A stretch of 62,930 bases of DNA, filler included, from Guillardia theta CCMP2712 (GCF_000315625.1; 4 parts of 4 records of this genome joined end to end with filler, not necessarily neighbours in it); one strand, 5' to 3'; positions 29,490 to 41,347 are shown, numbered from the whole stretch's first letter. Numbers and translations: made by a program. Notes: a model not told the origin generated them from the letters alone.

Positions 29490-30538
29490 ATAGAGGTGGG
29501 GTATTCTGGGGGTTCATGGAATTTAGAGGGGTAGGGGTCCAACAGATACTTTCATTCGTGGCAAAGTGGTGGGTATCATGATGGTAAGTTTGGGGTAGTA
29601 GTATAAAATCCATTCCGTATTTCTGGGTGGGTCATCTATTGAATTGAATTTCGAGGGGGTGGGGGTACAAGTTTTGCAGAGTAACCAAGGTTACCCCTCG
29701 GCACTAATAAGTGGGTCATCCAGGGTAGGGGTACAGATTTGGATAGGCTGATAGGGGTGGGGTGGGGATGTGTCGTAGGTGGGGTAGTGGTGTATTGAGG
29801 GGTGGGTAGTGAAAACTTGGGGAGTAGTGAGGAGCGTCCGAAAGTGAAGGTTTTCATGAAACAAACTTGGACGGGGGTAGGTGGTATCCCCACCCTAGGA
29901 GGGTGCTGTCGAGACGAGTTGTCAGAGGGGTGGGTGGTCTTCTATGGAATCCTCGTCGCATCCCAGTAACAGGGGTAGGGAGCAGATGGTAGATGCAGAG
30001 GGTAGTAAGTACCCCCTTCAAACAAGTCAGAAGGAGGGGTATGTGTGCACTTTTGAGATGAACATTCTAACAAGGTCAGAGGGTAGGTGGGGTAGTATGA
30101 GAACCGGGTGATTGCAAGCACCTGACCTTCCAAGTTAGCTAGGGTCATACCCGGGGAATTTTGTAACGGCTCTATCACCGGGTGTCAAACTGGTAGGTAA
30201 TAGGGGTGGTCATGAAAGAAGAAGGGGTGGGGGGTATCACTCTTTGATGCAATGGAGCTGTTGAGGGTGGGGTAATTATTAAAGGGTGGGTCCTTCAAGG
30301 ACATCAGTGGGGTGGTCAAGAAGTAGACGGACTCCCCGGAGACGGAGAATTTACTAGAAGTTTTGTTGGTTGCGAATAATAAAGTTAATTTTTGTATACA
30401 AATATTAGTTTAGTAATATATTTGTTTACTAAATTGAGGGGTATGTCCACCTTCAGTCCCGGCTAAATTGTTTTAAAAGAGGGGTGCATTGAAAGGGGCG
30501 GGAGGGGTGGGGTGGGGTACGAATTCGGAGTTGCATCT
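29490..30538. other. GGGGTA/GGTGGG motif patchwork upstream of the acyltransferase
   Basis: Dozens of ggggta, gggtgggtc and ggggtggg words over 1 kb, running to the contig end. Confidence 0.65.
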
Positions 30539-30638
30539 NNNNNNNNNNNNNNNNNNNNNNNNNNNNNNNNNNNNNNNNNNNNTTAATTAATTAANNNNNN
30601 NNNNNNNNNNNNNNNNNNNNNNNNNNNNNNNNNNNNNN
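30539..30638. other. artificial contig linker
   Basis: N44-TTAATTAATTAA-N44 six-frame-stop spacer. Confidence 0.97.
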
Positions 30639-30674
30639 GGGGTGCACCCGAAGGTACTGAGCCTCACTTACCGA

Positions 30675-30712
30675 CCTAAACCCTTGACCCTAAACCCTAA
30701 ACCCTAAACCCT
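30675..30712 (-). repeat. telomeric (TTTAGGG)n array, distal flank of the inserted element
   Basis: cctaaacccttgaccctaaaccctaaaccctaaaccct on the + strand. Confidence 0.9.
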
Positions 30713-30892
30713 ATTATTATTATTATTATGTGAGTTTATTAAACGCTAGACTAAATGCTCGGCCTCGTTGTGGGCTTTTGCAATTTGATCTTAGTCTAAA
30801 GAGGCGCTCGAGCACTGGGAGTACACGGCCTACAATGCGAACCCTGCTTCTGAGGCGTCTTTGTACTCTCTACTTCTGCTGTCTTCTCTTGG

Positions 30893-31105
30893 CTTCCTCA
30901 GCCTCAGTCAGGAGAGTTGCCTCTCCTCACCTTGGCCTTCGGTCGCCACCTACTCTACCTCCATTCAGCTTCCTCAGCCTCAGTCAGAAGAGTTGCCTCT
31001 CCTCACCTTGGCCTTCGGTCGCCACCTACTCTACCTCCATTCAGCTTCCTCAGCCTCAGTCAGGAGAGTTGCCTCTCCTCACCTTGGCCTTCGGTCGCCT
31101 CCTAC
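30893..31105. repeat. 76-bp tandem repeat, ~2.8 copies
   Basis: cttcctcagcctcagtcag recurs at 30893, 30969 and 31045. Confidence 0.92.
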
Positions 31106-31108
31106 CTT

Positions 31109-33663
31109 CTCTCCTTACCTTGAGCTCAGCTCAAGCTCGGTACGGGCTCGCCCCGTCTTCTTCCTCGCCCTCGCCTTGCTCTTCCTCCATGTCTTCCTCT
31201 TCTTCGTCATCTTCCCTCATCTCCACCCGCAGTCGGTCCTTCTTGTCCACCTTCAGCGAGCAGGCCAGCACATGCATCTCTGCGAATTTACTCAGTGCTA
31301 TGAACAGGAAGCTAAGAGATCGACGCTCTATGTCGTCGCTCTCCGCCTCCTGCTCAAGCTCAGCAGCTGCCGTTGCCCATGGCGAGAACGCGCTGCCCCT
31401 CCTTGCCTTCTTGCTCTCTCCTTGCACGCGAGTCCAGCGCTTGCTCTGCAGCCACTTCCCCAGCTTCTCCTTGAGAACGTTGCGTCCCACTCCCTGCTCC
31501 TCTGGCGTCTTCGCCCACTCTCCCAGCGACATGAACTCCAGGCTCCCCGGAGAGTAGAACGTGTCGTGGAGGTTGCCAACGGCCTTGTCCAGGACCAGCT
31601 TGATCGGCTCGCTCGTCCCCGCCTCGTTCAAAGAAGCTGCATCTTCGATGACTGCTGACAGCTCGCTGACAAGCTGCATGTCCTCTTGGCTTGACGGAGA
31701 TGCTGCCTCCATTGTGATCCTCTCCAGGTCTGTAAACTCCAGCCACTCTCCCTCGCTCTCCTCCTGTCGCTGCGCTGCGTCGCTGGTGCCCCGCTGACCA
31801 GCCGCCTCAGGCTCCTTGTCGAAGCCGACTGCTTCGAGCTTGGTTGCTGCGCCTTCGAGATAGAAGGGCAGCTCCTTCATCATGCGTCGAGCATCCTCCG
31901 TGGAGCCGAGGAGGATGCATAGCTTGGACCCGTTCCAGGACTTCGTTTTCAAATCCTCCTCCATGTCGATGCCTTCAACTTTGATCTCGAGCCTGTTAGC
32001 GATCTCCAACAAGACTCTCTTGACTCTTGCGATGGACGTGTTGCCGCCGTTGCACAGCCCCTCCATCTCCTTCCTCGTGAAGCGACCAGATGCCGCCGTC
32101 GACTTGATGATGATCTTGATCTCCTTGCCGTCCTTGCCGCCTGCCTTCTTCTGCAGTCTTGATGCCTTCTTCAACTTATTTCTGGACACAAAGCGATCAG
32201 CTGTCAACTCGACTGCGAGCGCCTCTCTGATCTTCGGGTCCTCGCTGAAAAGAGTCAGGTGTACTCCCTCCATCGCTTCGCTCTCTCGGAAAGCTCGAAA
32301 TGCTGTATCATTCGCCTCTGGGCAGCTCGAGGAGCCCCTACAGCGACGAAGCCTTTCCTTCAAGAGTCCTCTCTCCTTACCTTGGGCTCAGCTCAAGCTC
32401 GGTACGGGCTCGCCCCGTCTTCATCCTCTCCCTCGCCTTGCTCTTCCTCCATGTCTTCCTCTTCTTCGCCATCTTCCCTCATCTCCACTCGCAGTCGGTC
32501 CTTCTTGTCCACCTTCAGCGAGCAGGCCAGCACATGCATCTCTGCGAATTTACTCAGTGCTATGAACAGGAGGCTAAGAGATCGACGCTCTATGTCGTCG
32601 CTCTCCGCCTCCTGCTCAAGCTCAGCAGCTGCCGTTGCCCGTGGCGAGAACGCGCTGCCCCTCCTTGCCTTCTTGCTCTCTCCTTGCACGCGAGTCCAGC
32701 GCTTGCTCTGCAGCCACTTCCCCAGCTTCTCCTTGAGCGCGTTGCGCCCAACTCCCTGCTCCTCTGGCATCTTCGCCCACTCTCCCAGCGACATGAACTC
32801 CAGGCTCCCCGGAGAGTAGAACGTGTCGTGGAGGTTGCCAACGGCCTTGTCCAGGACCAGCTTGATCGGCTCGCTCGTCCCCGCCTCGTTCAAAGAAGCT
32901 GCATCTTCGATGACTGCTGACAGCTCGCTGACAAGCTGCATGTCCTCTTGGCTTGACGGAGATGCTGCCTCCATTGTGATCCTCTCCAGGTCTGTAAACT
33001 CCAGCCACTCTCCCTCGCTCTCCTCCTGTCGCTGCGCTGCGTCGCTGGTGCCCCGCTGACCAGCCGCCTCAGAGTCAGGCTCCTTGTCGAAGCCGACTGC
33101 TTCGAGCTTGGTTGCTGCGCCTTCGAGATAGAAGGGCAGCTCCTTCATCATGCGTCGAGCATCCTCCGTGGAGCCGAGGAGGATGCATAGCTTGGACCCG
33201 TTCCAGGACTTGGTGTTCAAATCCTCCTCCATGTCGATGCCTTCAACTTTGATCTCGAGCCTGTTAGCGATCTCCAACAAGACTCTCTTGACTCTTGCGA
33301 TAGACGTGTTGCCGCCGTTGCACAGCCCCTCCATCTCCTTCCTCGTGAAGCGACCAGATGCCGCCGTCGACTTGATGATGATCTTGATCTCCTTGCCGTC
33401 CTTGCCGCCTGCCTTCTTCTGCAGTCTTGATGCCTTCTTCAACTTATTTCTGGACACAAAGCGATCAGCTGTCAACTCGACTGCGAGCCGCTCTGATCTT
33501 CGGGTCCTCGCTGAACAGAGTCAGGTGTACTCCCTCCATCGCTTCGCTCTCTCGGAAAGCTCGAAATGCTGTATCATTCGCCTCTGGGCAGCTCGAGGAG
33601 ACGATCCACTCCACCTCCCTCTGTCTCCAGATGACGTTGGCCCCTACAGCGATGAAGCCTTTC
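31109..33663. repeat. ~1.26-kb tandem duplication within the element
   Basis: 31109-32358 is nearly identical to 32370-33663; duplicated ORFs 31131..32363 and 32393..33475. Confidence 0.95.
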
Positions 33664-34440
33664 TGACCTAAGCCTTTGTGGACTTGCTGTCCTGGCGCCC
33701 CAGCGACCAGCATGCCTGCCAGCGGCTGGAGTTGGACCGCTGCAAGGGACTGGCGCAGCAGCTGATAGCGATAGACGGCAGCTATCTCAGCCGTTGTCAT
33801 GCCGCCCAAGGTTAGCAGGTGAGTCAGCTCTGCCAAGCTGCCCCCTTTGCCCCAGGGTCCTCTCTTGGCTCGAATCTTGAAAGATCGATCGTGCACGATG
33901 CTCACATGTACAGCTGTGAACTTGCGACCATCGATCGCGAAGTCCTCTCTTCCCTGCCAGAGCTTCTCCGCTTGTGCATTGCGGAGGAAGGAAACAGTCA
34001 CCGGGATCTCCTCAGCACTCGCTATCTCGGGTCTATACGGAGCCTTCCACATGATTGCTTTACTCTCTTGCACTGAGTCTACGATCAGTCCGATCTCTTC
34101 AAATTTCTTCTTCAGCTTTTCTTCATGGTTGACATACACCGAGGAGATGCCCAGGAGAGTCATGGAGATGAAGGAAGTTACCTCGTTGCCTGCTGAGGCG
34201 GTGTATGTCTCGACCTTCTCCTTCTTGGCTTCCTCAATCTGCTGCATAAACCACTCTCTGGATGCGTCACTCCATCCAGTCATCGCTTCTTGCAGAAGCT
34301 CACGTCGTGCCTGCTGACATGTCGAGCGGATGGCTTCTGCGATAGCGTCGGGGGTGCATCCCTCCACAGCCTTGCAAGCCTGGGCTGTCCTGCTGTTCGG
34401 ACTCAGTAACGCTTCGCGAAGCTCTTCACCCTCTCGACGA
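32393..34440 (-). pseudogene. ORF1/Gag-like protein with RRM-like segments (frameshift at ~33490)
   Basis: ORFs 33465..34367 and 32393..33475 join using the intact duplicate copy (DPKIREALAVELTADRF). Beta-alpha-beta segments VTVSFLRNAQAEKLWQGREDFAIDGRKFTAV and LCILLGSTEDARRMMKELPFYLEG. The RRM assignment is inference. Confidence 0.5.
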
Positions 34441-34634
34441 GATCAGCTTCGAGGACAGAGGCATCCACAAGTCCGCTCTGCGTGTATTGGCATGATCTCC
34501 GATACAGCAGTTTGCGAACATTTTCATCATACTGAAGAACCATACTTAGAAAGCTATTTGAAGTATACAAACCTCTCGCTTGCAGCTTCCTTGGCGCCCT
34601 GGCAGCTTCCCCTACACCACGCGTGCAGCCATGG

Positions 34635-34712
34635 TGCCTGAAATAACCGGCGCTGCCTGAAATAACCGGCGCTGCCTGAAATAACCGGCGCTGTGCCTGA
34701 AATAACCGGCGC
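34635..34712. repeat. 19-bp tandem repeat x4 (TGCCTGAAATAACCGGCGC)
   Basis: Copies at 34635, 34654, 34673 and 34694. Confidence 0.95.
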
Positions 34713-34713
34713 T

Positions 34714-34778
34714 CTAAACCCTAAACCCTAAACCCTAAACCCTAAACCCTAAACCCTAAACCCTAAAGCCTTAACCCT
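34714..34778 (-). repeat. telomeric (TTTAGGG)n array, 7 perfect + 2 degenerate units
   Basis: (ctaaacc)7 ctaaagc cttaacc on the + strand. Confidence 0.95.
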
Positions 34779-37700
34779 TTGCACGTGATGGACTTCTTAC
34801 ATGGGTACAAGAAGATTCTTCCTGAAAAATGATCAAGAAACACCAAGACGGAGTCATTGCCCTTCTTGGACACCGGCAATCCTGACAAAAGATCAACGCT
34901 GATCTTCTCAAAACGCTCCTTTGGAATCGCATGACTATGGGGAACTGCAACAGAACGTTGTTTGAAACTCTTGGCTTGCAAGCATTCCTCACAAGAATTG
35001 ACGTATGCGAGAATGTCTGCGTTCATCCTTGGCCAAAATGCGAGTTTGGTTGCTCTCAAGATAGTCTTTGATTTGCCCCCATGGCATGAGTGATCATGTA
35101 CAAGTTCGAGGAATTTTTTTCTAGCATCTTCTGGTATGCAAACTCGTTCCCTTCCCAAAGAATCATGAAAAATAAACACGCCATCTTTCAAATAGAACGA
35201 TTTGCTCTCCATGTGAGTTCGACGATTCTGTCGTATCCCTTCAAGAATTGACTTGAAGTACGTTGACTTCTCGTATCCTTCACGAACAAGGTCCAACATT
35301 GCGTTCTTGTTGAAACCAATGTCCATTGTTGCTTGATTCCTGACCATCTCTGTGCTTGTTGTACAAACACACAACACTGATGGATCTAGATTGAGAAGGT
35401 CCGCACGCTCTTCAAATTCTTTCTCGAGCTCCTCATGATTCTGAACTTCACTATTCTCGTTAGGTCGAGACATGAAATCAGCAATTTTGTTGTCTTCGCC
35501 TGGTATGTATTTCACCTCCGCCAACTGGAAATCTGCCAAGATTTGAACCCATCGAAAGAGACGACCTTGCAAATTCTTCTGCGACAACAAATATTGCAAG
35601 CTGTTGTGATCCGTATGAACAGTCACTTTGTGCCCATAGGCCGGGTGTAATACTGGAAATACAGCAAGGCACTGATTAATCCAAGACATTCCTTCTCACG
35701 TGTACTGTAATTCAGTTGAGCTGAAAACAATCGTTTGCTAAAATACGCGACAGGAAGATAGTCATCTGCATGCCGCTTTTGCGTCAACGCTGCGCCAATA
35801 CAAGTTTGAGAAGCGTCCACGAACAAATGTGTCTCTTCAAGGCAAGTTCGACGAATCGAAGTACGCCAACACAGGTGCGGAGCTCAAACACTTTTTAAGT
35901 TGTTCAAAAGCTGTCTGATGTACCGTCGACCATTCAAACCTTGCATTCTTGCGTAGCAAATCCAGCAAAGGTAGGACAACGCTCGTATATCCTGGTACAA
36001 ACTTCCTATAAAAATTCGTCACTCCCGGTAGAAACACAGTAGTGGGCGCTGGACGAGCTAACATCGCGTCCACCTTGTCAATTTGTACAGTGATGCCTTG
36101 TTCATTGCCATCGGATTCTGAAACCCAAGAAATCGATCTCTTGTGCGGCAAAGAAATTACATTTCTTCTTTTTCACGAACAATTTCTCCTCTCTGAAGCG
36201 CGTGAGCGACGAATCAATTGTTCATGTTGCTCCAATGTACCATATGAAACTATCACGACGTCGTCCACGTAGCAGAAACAATTATCTATTCCAGTCAACA
36301 CACTCTCTAAGAACTTTTGAAACTGATTGCCTGAATGTATCAAGCCGAATGGAAGTCTCGTAAACTCGAATTTGCCCAACTTTGTTATTTATGAAACATG
36401 TAATATGTCGATGATCAGGATTCACTTCAAGCTGCCAAAAAGAACGAGCCAAATCCGCGTTGCTGATAAATAATCGCGCATTCTTCACATTCGAATACTT
36501 TTGTCGTTCTCGTTGGATAGTACGACCGATCTTCTCTGCTAGCTCTGAAATTAACGGAAGTGGGAAATTGTCATGCCGCACTAGGTCATTCACAAAGCGT
36601 AAATCAGTACAAAATCTCAGGCTGCCATCGCTCTTCCTTGTGAAGATGATCGGAGACGCGAACTCGGAACTGCTCGGTTGAATGATACCACGTTCGAGCA
36701 AGTACGTGATACGGTCTCCTTCAGACGGCGGCTCTTTAAGAGACAACGGCAAGGGATATGGTTTCTTTTGTACCAGTTTTGCCCCTTCCTTCAAGGCTAT
36801 CTGAGCTTTAAACTTGCGGTTTAATTCCACCCCAGCCTGAGGTATCTCGTCCACCAAGACGTCCTGAAATTGTTGCATAATATTTTCGACCCTCTGCTGA
36901 ATCAAATCACATGATCAGGCTTGAAGAGGAATCCTGCCGCACTGCAGATTGTATCACGACCTGATACCATTCTCCCCCCTGCCGAATATCATGCTCCCGG
37001 GCCACTTCTTTTGAAGTCACCATTTGACACAAATTCGTCACGCTTTCGTCATGACTTCCTTTCTTTCGCAAGCATGTCGGCAAATTTATCACACTGTCAT
37101 TGTATCGTGCGTAAACGCGAAAAGTCTCCGTGTCAAGATGAATCTTGTTCCTGTGCATCCACTCGTAGCTTAAAATCACGTCTGCATCAAGTTTGATATC
37201 CAGGACGTGAAGCGTTGTTTTGCTGCGAAATGTACTACCAATCCGAAATTTTGTGCCGAGTATCTCTGTCGAATATTTGATGGTCCCATCTGCCATGCTG
37301 ACGGAAAGAACATGATCCTTTGCCTGCTGGCTCTGCAAACCAACGCGTCTCATACATTCCGCTGACTCGGATGAAATTCGCTCCTGCCCCACTGTCCAAC
37401 AGCGCAATTAAAGTAAACGTCTTCCCCATTACATCAATCTCAATCGGTACGCACGGCAACTCGTACGTTTGGACTGTACTTGTCATCTTGCACACCACCA
37501 CTTCTCTTTTTTCTATTCGGAGAGTCTGGCGGAGGTACTTCTGAACTTCCGAATCAAATATAGTTGATCCTGAAGAATCTCGGTCGCCCATCCCCTCCGC
37601 CGCGGAGAGACGACCTCAGGGGTTTGACTTCTTGCCTTCGGTAGCCAACGGACAGACCTTTTTGAGGTGCCCGTACTTACCACAAAGAAAACACTTCGGT

Positions 37701-38080
37701 CCCCTATCAGATTTCTTCTCCTCAGGACCTCTTTGTCCCGGTTTTGCGTCCGAGTTTACCATTAATCGCATTCAAGGGCACTGTCTTAGATCCGACATGG
37801 CTTCGTTCTTAAAACTACCGACGTTGATCGACGATCCAGCATTTTCTTTTTCAAGCGAGAGTAACAACTTCCTCCGAGCGGCTCGCAAAACTCGCGGTTA
37901 CCTCATTCGATAAGTTCTGCACGAAGTGTCGTTCTAACCCAAATTTGGTACACGCGGTGCTTACATATTCCGCCTGGGCCTCGTTCTCCGCCGTCATGCA
38001 ACAGGCAATGTAATGATTTGCCAACGAAGAGAATCGGTCAACGAAGTTGTTGATCTTCTCTTTGCTTCCTTGCCTCAGTA
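34779..38080 (-). mobile_element. degenerate Ty3/gypsy LTR retrotransposon gag-pol, truncated at both ends
   Basis: Gag CCHC knuckle CFLCGKYGHLKKVC (~37655-37695); protease LLDSGAGANFI; RT PSSSEFASPIIF..DGSLRFCTD, LPFGL, YVDD; RNase H FVDASQTCIGAAL, HTDHNSL; integrase H..H/CEEC, SVDLLSGLP. Order PR-RT-RH-IN. Multiple frameshifts; no LTR seen. Confidence 0.95.
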
Positions 38081-38500
38081 CGGCCGCGGGACAGGTGACC
38101 GACGTGAGCCTGGACGGCCCAGTGCCATGGCCGGGTGTCACGGTACGGCCCGCCGGTGACCGTCAGTACGGCGGTACGCGGCCCCCGCCGGCGGCGTGCG
38201 ATCGGCAGGCACGGTGCCACCCCGTGGCAAGCCCGGCCCGGCCGGGCCGCTTCCTCTCAGACTGACGGTTTTTGACCAGAGCCCGGCATCCTTAAGTTAT
38301 AACTGGGTTGTTTTAAAATGGGGGTGGGGGACCGGGAGGTCGCGCGAGATTGCAATCTGGGCCCTGGGAGATACGACCCGACCCTCTTTTAAAACACAAA
38401 CACTTAAAAAGATAAAAACATTGTTAAAATGGTTTTCAGGAGAGTAAAAAGAATATTGTTCAGATTGGCACTGAAATAACCCCACCCCATGTGCATTTTG
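38080..38500. other. GC-rich then AT-rich patchwork island abutting the truncated gag
   Basis: cggtgac, gtacggc, cccggccgggccg words, then ggggtggggg / ccccacccc. Confidence 0.55.
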
Positions 38501-38749
38501 TCTCTTGTTTTCCATGCAACATACCGGTGTTTTCCTAAAGCCCTTAAGCCTACATCTGAAATATGCATGCCTTGCAAACGAATTTGTGATTACATCTGAA
38601 ATCGTTCACATTTAATTTGAAACTGTATCGAAACAATATCAAGACCTGGATACTTTGAGTTCAACAGTGTGAAATGACGGCAATTTCCGTCTCAAGGATT
38701 TTTTTGTTTCTTTGGGAACAGCTGTTTCTGCCGAACACAGGAAAACATA

Positions 38750-39700
38750 ACCCAGCCTATGCGGGAGAAATGTCAGACGCACAACCGGACACCGCAAGCG
38801 CTTTAGCATTAAGCTAGAGAGATATTCTTTTTAGGAGCCTTACACGCCATTCACAAACAACTCTGTCCTAATCGCAACTGGGGCAACAAATGTCTGGATT
38901 CAGGTCCCTTTCCCAAATAATCCCAATTCATGAGAGCACGCTGGGAATACGGAAGCGGAATATATCGCAGATCTCTTCTCAGCAGTTGGATCAAGATATA
39001 ATCATGCGATCATTTCATCCTCAGGTAATTTTGAGCATGTCACACAAGTGTTTCTTAACATGACGGAACAGCCGGAGCATCCAGACCCTAACAAGGCTAT
39101 AGTTGTACGGAATAAGCCAGGAGCTTGGCTATCAAGCCAATTGAACGCGGAGAGCTCCTTGTATGGCAATCATATCGATTGGTCACTGGCTGTGCACCAA
39201 AGGCCTGCAATGAACCATGCTGCGGTGAAGGTTGTACAAGGCCTTGATTGTATCTTACTCAACATTGAGTGCAGCCGGAATATTTTTCTGGAGATGAGCG
39301 TGCTTGGCAGCACAGTCTCGATCATGACGCAAACCATTGGTTCGATTGCAGTGCTTGCAACTCCATTTGCACATTGACACATCATTCGCAGTAATCTGTC
39401 GCAATCAACAAAGTGTCGAATGAATAACTTTCCTGGTATCATCGGAAACTGCAGTGCCTGCACTCATTTTTCCCCAGGGGGTTATCATCGTGGTGGTTCT
39501 GCACCACCAGCAGCCGGACGATCGGTTTCGAACGAAGGTTGTGGCATGCGCACTCCACGACTTGTGACTTCTGTTTCCTTATCTACAGAGTACTGTCATC
39601 ATATCGGTGAAAGATGGCTGAATCCATCATCCCATTCGGCGCTCATTGTGCGTGTATATGTAAACAATGAAGAATCGCTAAGATCAACATGCTAGGTGTA
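38750..39700 (+). CDS. possible hypothetical multi-exon gene
   Basis: Exon-like segments EPYTPFTNNSVLIATGATNVWIQ, AGNTEAEYIADLFSAVGSRYNHAII, PEHPDPNKAIVVRNKPGAWL; no family recognised. Confidence 0.3.
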
Positions 39701-40136
39701 TAAACATGGCCAGGAGGGCCCAACTGAAAATGACGAGACTGGAGCAGGTAATGACCGCGATTCTTTTTAAATTGTGCGTAATAGTTTTGTTTAGGAGAAG
39801 TAGATGCTACCAGATTAAACATATCCGCTGACAACTCAAATCATCTTGGTTTTATCGTTCTCCTGTTTGGTGCAAAATTGATGATTGTAAAAGGATTTCT
39901 GGTTGGTTCCGAGATGACTGAAGATACAACTCTCATAGCTTTGTACGAAGTTGCACATGAAAATATGGAGCTGAAGATGGTAGAAATGATTCGTGGAAAC
40001 TTTTTCGTACCTCACAAATATGTCAGAGACTAAAAAAGATATCAAATGAGCTCGGACACTTGCAGGTTGATGTTTCTTATTGCAACAGCAAAGAGTAGCA
40101 TCTTGGCACAGCTGCTCACAAGGCCTCTCTCAGGCC

Positions 40137-40920
40137 ATGGTGCAGCAAAAAAACATGGAGGAGGAGCTTATGAAGCAGCCTCAGGTGGCGTCGAAGATAA
40201 CATCCTTAAGGTTTGATTGACTGCGTGGGTAGGAATGGAAATCAAGATATTGGACCGCTCAAGAGCATCAGCGATTCCTCGATGGGCTGAAGGTGGCCTC
40301 ACTGAAATAAGGCAGGTCTTCAAGGCCTCTACTCATATCCATGCGTCAGGTTCATGGTCAACGCAATTTCAAAGCAATCGCAACTCTTGTTGGTACGAGA
40401 ACGTCTACCCAGGTGAGCTAATACTTCTTGTCTGCTACATATTTCCGCAATTGCATCAAAGTATGAATAGAAACCATGTTGTCCAGGTCAAAACGCATGC
40501 GCAGAAATATTTTCAAAAAGTGTCGAGGCAAATTGGTACCGACAATGCAAGGCACAGTCACAGTTGTTCTTGAATCGCCTGGTCTTCTAAAATTGGTGGT
40601 ATCTCATTAGTTCATCTGGAGCCGAGGCATCAAACTCAACCGCTTCCAACAACGAGTCAAGCGGAACTAGTTACAGCACTTCTTTTCGTGCCGGTGCGAT
40701 CCTTGTCATGCCCAAATTAAGTTCTAGTTTACTGGTCGTGTGGTAGGTCGCCCGCTCGAGGACACTGCAAGTTTACAAAATCATTACTTTGGGTTGAAGT
40801 CACGAGATCTTTCCAAGTCGTGGTCTGACACTGTTTCACCAGGAAAGCGCACAACAAGTCATCAACAGAACCCGAGTCCATGCAGTCATCATCGTCTCCG
40901 CCATCGGGTGATTCATGAAT
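40137..40920 (+). CDS. SHAQKYF-class single-repeat MYB transcription factor, multi-exon
   Basis: Spliced reading SRYWTAQEHQRFLDGLK|VHGQRNFKAIATLVGTRTSTQ|VKTHAQKYFQKV. 3' end uncertain. Confidence 0.9.
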
Positions 40921-40996
40921 TGGGAGAATCTTGGCGAAAGTTTTCGTGTCAGGAGACATCAAAGGGTAGTATAAACTTTTTGTGCAAGCGAGTGTA

Positions 40997-41054
40997 CATT
41001 TTCAATTGTTTCGCATTTTCAGTTGTTTCGCATTTTCAGTTGTTTCGCATTTTC
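40997..41054. repeat. 17-bp tandem repeat x3.4
   Basis: cattttcagttgtttcg units. Confidence 0.85.
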
Positions 41055-41347
41055 GCCTATCGTGTTTCATTTTGCATGCTTTTTGGTCCAAGAAATTTGC
41101 TTTTCTGACAAAAGAGGCCCAGTCACTCGCACGATGTAATTCCAGGTACTAGAAGCGTCTGGAAACATCACCACTGCTCCAACACGCTCGTTAGCTTTGA
41201 AGAAGTCTGTTGGTTATACGATGAAGACTGCACAAAGAAAGAGGAGCAGACAAGAAAGTTGAATTGAATAGGCTTGGGCAAGGGTACACGGGACGTCACC
41301 AAACCTGTGTGGCAAACGATTTTTTGTTCAATTAATAGACTGGCTTG

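Larger units (their letters stand above)
30712..34713 (-). mobile_element. putative non-autonomous non-LTR retroelement inserted in telomeric repeats
   Basis: Flanked on both sides by TTTAGGG repeats in the same orientation. 5' 19-bp tandem monomers, frameshifted ORF1-like coding region, 3' AATAAA and (AAT)6 tail. No RT motifs seen. Confidence 0.7.

Noticed and set aside
30583-30594. TTAATTAATTAA palindrome within N runs (also at 50028 and 51773)
   Set aside because: Artificial six-frame-stop linker; adjacency across it carries no biological meaning.
30639-30712. True chromosome terminus at the start of contig 2
   Set aside because: The array is short and preceded by ~36 bp of non-telomeric sequence, so the physical end is not shown in this window.
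34635-34712. 19-bp repeats as a CRISPR or iteron array
   Set aside because: No spacers; better explained as the element's 5' tandem monomers.
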